Origin: an uncultured delta proteobacterium
GTDB taxonomy: Bacteria; Myxococcota_A; UBA9160; SMWR01
DNA: 64,000 nt
Assembly: GCA_963832165.1 (NCBI GenBank)
Contig: CAWHTE010000004.1
Span: 32,001-96,000, forward strand
Direction: 5' to 3'
The notes under the pieces were generated by a model that saw only the letters and a list, made by a program, of their open reading frames with translations, ran no database searches and had not been told where the DNA came from. Both the position numbers and the translations under genes were made by a program. The first letter of the stretch is position 1; each line of letters opens with the position of its first letter. Shown piece by piece: positions 57,029 to 64,000 of this stretch.

Positions 57029-57114
57029 GCCCGGGTGGCGGAATGGCAGACGCGGGCGACTTAAAATCGCCTGGCCTGAGAGCCGTGCAGGTTCGAGTCC
57101 TGCCCCGGGCACCA
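57029..57114 (+). tRNA. tRNA-Leu(TAA)
   Basis: GCCCGGG stem, TAA anticodon, long variable arm, GGTTCGAGTCC, CCA end. Confidence 0.95.
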
Positions 57115-57129
57115 TGCAAAGGTCGCGCG

Positions 57130-57522
57130 CTACGGCGTGACTTCGATCGCGGTCTGGATGTCTTCTCTTTCGAGCAGCGCTTCGAGCGCTTCGCGTCCGA
57201 GCAGGGTCGTGCGCTGGTAGCCCAGGTCGGGGCGCTCCAGCTCGACGCGGAAGATCTCGCGCGGCGCGACGAACACGCGCCGGATGCGCAGCGTCGATCG
57301 CTCGCCGCCGCCGCGGACCTCGTCGCCGATCGAGTCGACGATCCGCTTCGTGCGCCGTTCCGAGTGCGAGACGCGGTGCAGCGCGAGCTCGATCGGATCC
57401 GGGAGCGGTCCGATCACGCGCGGGCCGAACCCGGATTCGGGAACGCGCTGATAGCGGATCTTGTACGAGCCGGACGGCTTCATCGGGTAAACGAGCGTAA
57501 GCCCGTGGCGTGCCGAGTTCAA
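57130..57522 (-). CDS. Hypothetical protein
   Basis: 130-aa ORF with plausible codon usage downstream of the PilZ gene; start uncertain. Confidence 0.55.
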   Translation of the reverse strand: MNSARHGLTLVYPMKPSGSYKIRYQRVPESGFGPRVIGPLPDPIELALHRVSHSERRTKRIVDSIGDEVRGGGERSTLRIRRVFVAPREIFRVELERPDLGYQRTTLLGREALEALLEREDIQTAIEVTP

Positions 57523-57549
57523 GCGATTGCGAATCGAAACCGGCGCAGT

Positions 57550-57957
57550 TCAGTGATCGATCGCGTCGTCCGCGCCGCGCTTCAGGAACTCCTCGAGCGC
57601 GCTGATCTGCTCCGCGGCGCCGCCGAGGAACTCGATGCCCACACCGCAGTCGAGCCCGTTGGATGACGTGCTGCTGCGCATCGTGTACTGCGTCCACGCG
57701 ACGCGCCCGATCGCCTCGACGTGGCCACCGTCCGGCAGCGACAGCTCGACGAGCACGCGGCGTCCCGGGTCGAGCAGCTCGTGCGTGTGCACGAACACGC
57801 CGCCGCGCGAGAGATTTGCGCTGCGCTCCTGCGACGCGCGGAAATAGGTGCGGCCCGTGAGCGGATCGAGGTCCGGCTCGAGCGTGGAGATGCGAACCGG
57901 GATGTCCGCGCGCACGCGCTCGGACTTTCCCCGATGCGAGTCGGAGATTCCGGACAC
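57550..57957 (-). CDS. PilZ domain protein
   Basis: RKSER (RxxxR), NLSRGG (N/DxSxxG), GRVAW, GIEF. Confidence 0.85.
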   Translation of the reverse strand: MSGISDSHRGKSERVRADIPVRISTLEPDLDPLTGRTYFRASQERSANLSRGGVFVHTHELLDPGRRVLVELSLPDGGHVEAIGRVAWTQYTMRSSTSSNGLDCGVGIEFLGGAAEQISALEEFLKRGADDAIDH

Positions 57958-58100
57958 CGATCGCTCCCTCCCATCTTATCCATCGGCAGCAACGCGCGCG
58001 CAACTTGAGCGCAACCAGCCCTGCGGGGCGCTCGTGTCTCAAGCGGCCGCTGTGATTCGCCGACGCAGGAGCGGGGCGGAGCAGCCGCAGGAGGGCAGGG

Positions 58101-59342
58101 ATGCGCGAGCGTTCGCAGGTGCCGGTCGTGATACCGGCCGAGCTCTCGAAGCGTCTGGGGTTCGGAGACCAGGCGACCTCGGTGCGCCCGCTCGCGAACG
58201 GACCGCGCACGGTCCTGCTCGAACGCCTCGATGGCGATGGGGGCGCCGTACCCTGGGATCGAGACCTGGTCCTGTGCGCCGACGTGCGCGCGTTCACGCT
58301 CGCCGACGTGATGCAGCTCGTTCACGCATCGGGCAAATCCGGCTTCCTGCTGTTCGAGCACTCCGACTGCGCGAAGTGCGTCTACCTCCACGCGGGCGAA
58401 GTCGTCTTCGCGAGCTCGAACCAGCGCATCGACCGGCTCGGCGAGTCGCTCGTGCGCGCGGGCGTGATCTCTGCGGAGGACTTCCACTCGGCATCGGCCA
58501 CCTACCGGGGGCCTGGCCAGTTCGGGCGCTACCTGGTCGAGCGCGGCCTGCTCTCGCCACGCGAGCTCTGGGACGGCGTCAAGCGTCAGGTCGAGGACAT
58601 CGTGCGGTCGCTGTTCGCGTTCGGCACCGGACAGGTGCTCTTCTGGGAAGGAGAGGTGAGGCCCGACAACGTCGTGAGGCTCGCGCTCCCGACCGGTCGC
58701 CTGATCGAGGAGGGACTCGAGCACCGCGACGAGCTGCTCTCGTTCCTCGCGCAGCTCGAGGACAATCGCGTGCGGCTCGAGGCCGTGGAAGGGGCGCTGG
58801 GCCAGCTCGATGGGACCGCGGGTGCGATCATCTCGGCGCTCGGCCGCGTCGGCAGCTTCCCCGCAGTCTGCCAGAGCGTCGGGATCGACCCGCTCTCGGC
58901 CGCGCGAACCGTGGCGCTGCTCGATCAGATGGGCGCGCTGCGCGTGGTCCGCGGCGCTGCGGGCTCCGATGCTCCGGGGGCCGAGGCCGCACTGCGCGAA
59001 TGCGTGCTGGCACACGTTCACCTGCTCTCCGAGCTGAGCGCGCCCGTCGTCGCGATGGAGGGTGCCGAGCCCGTGCGGCTGCGCATCTCCGAGGTGGCGC
59101 GCGAAGCGGCCGAGCGGCATCCGCAGCTGCTCGCGGGGCTCCAGTTCGGACCGGGCGGCGCGCTCGACCCCGAAGTGCTGTTCGAGCGCGCGCTTTGCTT
59201 CCCGGGGGACCGCGAGCGCGAGGTGCGCGCGGCGCTCGGCGAGCTCGTCTCCTATACGGAGTTCGAGCTGCTGAACCATCCCAAGGTCAAGAACCCCGAG
59301 GAGTTCCTCGAGGCGCTCGAGTCGCTGCGCGCCGACCTCTGA
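58101..59342 (+). CDS. DUF4388 domain protein
   Basis: LADVMQL.....KSG.L, VYL..GEVVFA.S, RLGE.LV..G.I. Confidence 0.8.
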   Translation: MRERSQVPVVIPAELSKRLGFGDQATSVRPLANGPRTVLLERLDGDGGAVPWDRDLVLCADVRAFTLADVMQLVHASGKSGFLLFEHSDCAKCVYLHAGEVVFASSNQRIDRLGESLVRAGVISAEDFHSASATYRGPGQFGRYLVERGLLSPRELWDGVKRQVEDIVRSLFAFGTGQVLFWEGEVRPDNVVRLALPTGRLIEEGLEHRDELLSFLAQLEDNRVRLEAVEGALGQLDGTAGAIISALGRVGSFPAVCQSVGIDPLSAARTVALLDQMGALRVVRGAAGSDAPGAEAALRECVLAHVHLLSELSAPVVAMEGAEPVRLRISEVAREAAERHPQLLAGLQFGPGGALDPEVLFERALCFPGDREREVRAALGELVSYTEFELLNHPKVKNPEEFLEALESLRADL

Positions 59343-59363
59343 TCCGCGGGTATCTTCGCGGCC

Positions 59364-59400
59364 CAAGTTTCGCGCAGCGAGCGAAGGCGAGCGAAGACCA
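59364..59400 (+). repeat. Hairpin repeat copy (37 bp) just upstream of rlmB
   Basis: caagtttcgcgcagcgagcgaaggcgagcgaagacca. Confidence 0.9.
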
Positions 59401-59404
59401 TAAG

Positions 59405-60199
59405 GTGGCGGGCGAAGAGCGTCGTTCATTCCGAAAGTCCGATCGCGGCGCGCGCGGTGGCCCCGAGCACCTGACCGGGCTCAATCCGATTCGCGAGGCG
59501 CTCGCCGCACGGCGCCGCGAGCTGCGGCGGCTCGATGTCCGCGCGGACGCGACCCATCCGGGGGTGGTCGACCTCGTGACCCGGGCGCGCCAGCTCGGCA
59601 TCCGCGTGCGCGAGCTCGCGGATCGCGAGGCTGGCGGGCTCGCCTCGCCTGGCATCGAGCTGGAGGCGGGGCCGCTGCCCGAGCTCGGACTCGAGGAGCT
59701 GCTCGTCGCGAGCCCGGCGCGGACGGAGCCGCGTACGCTCGTGGCGCTCGACGGAGTGGAAGACCCCCAGAACCTCGGCGCGATCGCGCGCGTCGCCGAG
59801 TCGGCGGGGGCCGAGGGGCTGATCCTCACGTTCCGACACGCGCCGCCGCTCTCGGCCGCGGTCTCGCGCGCGAGCGCAGGTGCGATCGAATGGCTGCCGG
59901 TCGCGCGGGTTCCGAACCTGTCGCGCGCGCTCGAAGTCCTCCAGGGGGAGGGCTTCTGGGTGCTCGGGGCTGACGAGCAGGCGGCCGACTCCCTCTACGA
60001 GCTCCCCGAGAGCCTCGCCCGGGCCGACCGGGTGGTGGTGCTGGGCGCCGAGGGGCGCGGGATTCGGCCCGGTGTAGTGAAGCGACTCGACCAGCATCTG
60101 CGGATTCCCCTCCGGGGAAAGGTCGCTTCGCTCAACGTCTCGACCGCGGCCTCCGTGGTGCTGTTCGAGCTCGGGCGCCGGGCCGGGGTGTCCCGGTAA
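59405..60199 (+). CDS. rlmB: 23S rRNA 2'-O-methyltransferase, TrmH/SpoU family (RlmB-like)
   Basis: LDGVEDPQNLGAI.R, ASAGA, GAEG.G, IP..G...SLNVS.A. Confidence 0.85.
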   Translation: MAGEERRSFRKSDRGARGGPEHLTGLNPIREALAARRRELRRLDVRADATHPGVVDLVTRARQLGIRVRELADREAGGLASPGIELEAGPLPELGLEELLVASPARTEPRTLVALDGVEDPQNLGAIARVAESAGAEGLILTFRHAPPLSAAVSRASAGAIEWLPVARVPNLSRALEVLQGEGFWVLGADEQAADSLYELPESLARADRVVVLGAEGRGIRPGVVKRLDQHLRIPLRGKVASLNVSTAASVVLFELGRRAGVSR

Positions 60200-60298
60200 T
60201 CGAGTGATCCCGCAGCGGGTTTCTCGACGAGCTTCCGGCCCTCGAGCCGTTGCCCCGCTGGGGTGTGGCCCCTATAGTGTCGAACCGATCGTCTCCGC

Positions 60299-60374
60299 GC
60301 TGGCGTAGCTCAACGGGTAGAGCAGCTGATTTGTAATCAGCAGGTTGCGGGTTCGAGTCCCATCGCCAGCTCCA
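60299..60374 (+). tRNA. tRNA-Thr(TGT)
   Basis: Cloverleaf, TGT anticodon, CCA end. Confidence 0.95.
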
Positions 60375-60642
60375 GCGCGGAACGCGAGCCCACATCGGGC
60401 GATCACGATCACTCGAGTCACCTCCCGGATCCACACCGGGTACGAATAACAACAACCAGCGGACGCACCGCGGCGACGCGGGCGGGGTTTTCGAAAACGG
60501 GTCGGCCTAACCGGGCAACGGCCAAACCGGTTTTCCTTCACGATCGCGGGCAGCAGCGATCGCGAGGGCGGGGACTCTTCACTCTTTGCTTCTTTCTTCA
60601 AACACGGTCAGGCGGGACGGCGGGGTTCAGCTGATTTCAGCT

Positions 60643-60727
60643 GGAGAGGTACCGAAGCGGTCAAACGGGGCAGACTGTAAATCTGTTGGCTTTGCCTTCG
60701 GAGGTTCGAATCCTCCCCTCTCCACCA
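60643..60727 (+). tRNA. tRNA-Tyr(GTA)
   Basis: Cloverleaf with long variable arm, GTA anticodon, CCA end. Confidence 0.95.
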
Positions 60728-60767
60728 CTTCGCGCGCCTCCACGATCTCAACAGGACTGATTCGGGT

Positions 60768-60844
60768 GCGGGAATAGCTCAGCTGGCTAGAGCACGAGCC
60801 TTCCAAGCTCGGGGTCGCGGGTTCGAATCCCGTTTCCCGCTCCA
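60768..60844 (+). tRNA. tRNA-Gly(TCC)
   Basis: Cloverleaf, TCC anticodon, CCA end. Confidence 0.95.
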
Positions 60845-60888
60845 CGTCGACGGCGCCCGCTCACACAACACAACACGAGGCTTCGAAC

Positions 60889-60964
60889 GCCCACGTAGCT
60901 CAGGTGGTAGAGCACGTCCTTGGTAAGGACGAGGTCAGCGGTTCAAGCCCGCTCGTGGGCTCCA
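60889..60964 (+). tRNA. tRNA-Thr(GGT)
   Basis: Cloverleaf, GGT anticodon, CCA end; canonical Thr-Tyr-Gly-Thr-tuf order. Confidence 0.95.
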
Positions 60965-61001
60965 CCAGGAACGAAATCCGCGCACCGGAGGAAGACAGGA
61001 G

Positions 61002-62193
<1,192 letters not shown>

Positions 62194-62246
62194 CAACGCG
62201 CGCAGCGAAGTGATCCGCGCGCGCCGACGCGCGCGAGCAGTGTCGA

Positions 62247-62322
62247 AGGCGCGTAGCACAATTGGTAGTGCACCGGTCTCCAAAACCGGGGGTTGGGGGT
62301 TCGAGTCCCTCCGCGCCTGCCA
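62247..62322 (+). tRNA. tRNA-Trp(CCA)
   Basis: AGGCGCG stem, CCA anticodon, CCA end. Confidence 0.95.
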
Positions 62323-62364
62323 GAAATCAAAGAGTCGAGGGAGAGAGTGGGAGGCTTGGGAGCG

Positions 62365-62574
62365 ATGGAGTGGAATCCCATGGTCTGGGTTTCCGATGGC
62401 CGCCAGTTCCTGCTCGAGGTGCGCGCCGAGTTCCGCAAGGTGACCTGGCCGACCCGGCAGGAAGCCATGGCGGGAACGATCGGAGTCCTGGTCGTGGTAG
62501 GCGTGCTCACGGTCGCCCTGTCGATCGTCGATTTCGGTCTCTCCAGAGCGATTCAGTTCGTCATTCCTTCCTGA
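62365..62574 (+). CDS. secE: Preprotein translocase subunit SecE
   Basis: EF.KVTWPTR.E, single TM, precedes nusG. Confidence 0.93.
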   Translation: MEWNPMVWVSDGRQFLLEVRAEFRKVTWPTRQEAMAGTIGVLVVVGVLTVALSIVDFGLSRAIQFVIPS

Positions 62575-62594
62575 TCCGATTCCGCGGAGATTCG

Positions 62595-63125
62595 ATGGCG
62601 AAACAGTGGTACATCGTCCACACCTACTCCGGGCACGAGAACAAGGCCATGCAGGCCCTGCTCGAGCGCGCGAAGGCGATGGGCAAGGCCGACCTGTTCG
62701 ACGAGGTGCTGATTCCCGAGGAGACCGTCGTCGAGATGGTCAAGGGGTCGAAGCGCACCTCGAAGCGCAAGTATTTCCCCGGCTACATCCTCGTGCGCAT
62801 GGAGCTCACCGACGAGACGTGGCACATCGTGCGCGGCACGCCGAAGATCACGGGCTTCGTCGGCGGAGACAAGACGCCGCCGCCGATCTCGGACGACGAA
62901 GTCGCCGCGATGACGCAGCAGATCCGCGACGGCGCCGCGAAGCCGAAGCCCAAGATCCTGTTCGACGCGGGCGACAGCGTGCGCGTGGTGAGCGGACCGT
63001 TCGCGAACTTCTCCGGCTACATCGACGAGGTGATGGAGGACAAGGAGAAGCTCAAGGTGATGGTGCACGTTTTCGGTCGCGCGACCCCGGTGGTGCTCGA
63101 CTACACGAACGTGGAAAAGGCCTAG
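62595..63125 (+). CDS. nusG: Transcription factor NusG
   Basis: [28 protein letters not shown]. Confidence 0.97.
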   Translation: MAKQWYIVHTYSGHENKAMQALLERAKAMGKADLFDEVLIPEETVVEMVKGSKRTSKRKYFPGYILVRMELTDETWHIVRGTPKITGFVGGDKTPPPISDDEVAAMTQQIRDGAAKPKPKILFDAGDSVRVVSGPFANFSGYIDEVMEDKEKLKVMVHVFGRATPVVLDYTNVEKA

Positions 63126-63135
63126 GAGTTCTTCG

Positions 63136-63561
63136 TTGGCAAAGAAAGTCGTTGCGATCGTGAAGCTGCAGTGCCCGGCCGGCGCGGCCAACCCGTCGCC
63201 GCCGGTCGGTCCCGCACTCGGCCAGCACGGCGTGAACATCATGGAGTTCTGCAAGTCGTTCAACGCGCGCACGCAGGACAAGGCGGGCCTGATCATTCCC
63301 GCGGTGATCACGGTGTATTCCGATCGCTCGTTCACGTTCGAGCTGCGGACGCCTCCCGCGGCCGTGCTGCTGAAGCGCGCCGCGAAGATCGCGAAGGGAT
63401 CCGGTCAGCCGAACCGCGACAAGGTCGGGAAGGTCACGCGCAAGCAGTTGGTGGAGATCGCGGAGTTGAAGGCGCCCGATCTGAACGCACACGACGTGAA
63501 CGCGGCGGTGGCGATCATCGCCGGTACCGCCCGATCGATGGGAATCGAGGTCGAGGGTTAG
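63136..63561 (+). CDS. rplK: 50S ribosomal protein L11
   Basis: [33 protein letters not shown] start. Confidence 0.97.
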   Translation: MAKKVVAIVKLQCPAGAANPSPPVGPALGQHGVNIMEFCKSFNARTQDKAGLIIPAVITVYSDRSFTFELRTPPAAVLLKRAAKIAKGSGQPNRDKVGKVTRKQLVEIAELKAPDLNAHDVNAAVAIIAGTARSMGIEVEG

Positions 63562-63563
63562 TC

Positions 63564-64000
63564 ATGGCGAAGGACAAGCGATTCAATACCGCCGCGTCGC
63601 TGATCGATCCCGAGCAGTCCTACTCGCTCGTGGACGCGGTGGGGCTGCTCAAGGGCGCGGCGGGACCGAAGTTCGACGAGAGCATCGACCTCGCGATGAA
63701 TCTCGGCGTCGATCCGCGGCACGCCGACCAGATGGTGCGCGGCGCGATCGTGCTGCCCCACGGCATCGGCAAGGACACCCGCGTGGTCGTGTTCGCGAAG
63801 GGGGCCAAGGAGACGGAGGCGCGCAATGCGGGCGCAGACTTCGTCGGCGGCGAGGATCTGGCCAAGAAGATCACCGACGAGGGATGGCTCGATTTCGAGC
63901 GCGTGATCGCCACGCCCGACATGATGAGCGTGGTGGGTCGCCTCGGTAAGGTGCTCGGTCCGCGCGGCCTGATGCCCAACCCGAAGCTCGGCACCGTGAC
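63564..64000 (+). CDS. rplA: 50S ribosomal protein L1 (partial)
   Basis: [33 protein letters not shown]; truncated by the window end. Confidence 0.95.
   Translation, partial: MAKDKRFNTAASLIDPEQSYSLVDAVGLLKGAAGPKFDESIDLAMNLGVDPRHADQMVRGAIVLPHGIGKDTRVVVFAKGAKETEARNAGADFVGGEDLAKKITDEGWLDFERVIATPDMMSVVGRLGKVLGPRGLMPNPKLGTV

Noticed and set aside
56085..57114. Integrative element or prophage at tRNA-Cys or tRNA-Leu
   Set aside because: No integrase and no duplicated tRNA 3' end seen.
33173..59400. The 38-bp repeats as a CRISPR array
   Set aside because: Copies are dispersed over kilobases, not regularly spaced, and there are no cas genes.

Overview
This is a high-GC bacterial chromosomal window. 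PilZ and DUF4388 proteins, secreted caspase-like proteins and the gene content suggest Myxococcota/deltaproteobacteria (inference only). 1-15.7 kb is an accessory envelope locus: two convergent operons of exported proteins encoding two caspase-family (C14) peptidases, DUF4384-like proteins, an HExxH metallopeptidase, a passenger-less autotransporter barrel, two paralogous Cys-rich diheme c-type cytochromes and a large unknown protein with EKPA repeats. The rest is mostly housekeeping: clpS-clpA, ispH, an acyl-CoA dehydrogenase pair, hemE/hemN/hemY/hemH, pcs, split nuoB and nuoI-C-D, lipB, a tesA/ybbA/ybbP-like set, crcB, rlmB, seven tRNAs and tuf-secE-nusG-rplK-rplA. It also carries a NapC/NirT-MtrA-MtrB-monoheme electron conduit operon. 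A ~38-bp hairpin repeat (CAAGTTTCGCGCAGCGAGCCGAAGGCGAGCGAAGACCA) occurs at 7 gene junctions, always in sense orientation, and is translated in the same frame into several protein termini. Three genes (PAS-GGDEF, hemN, tuf) have single +1 frameshifts that are probably sequencing errors. All family assignments come from motif recognition, not database searches.
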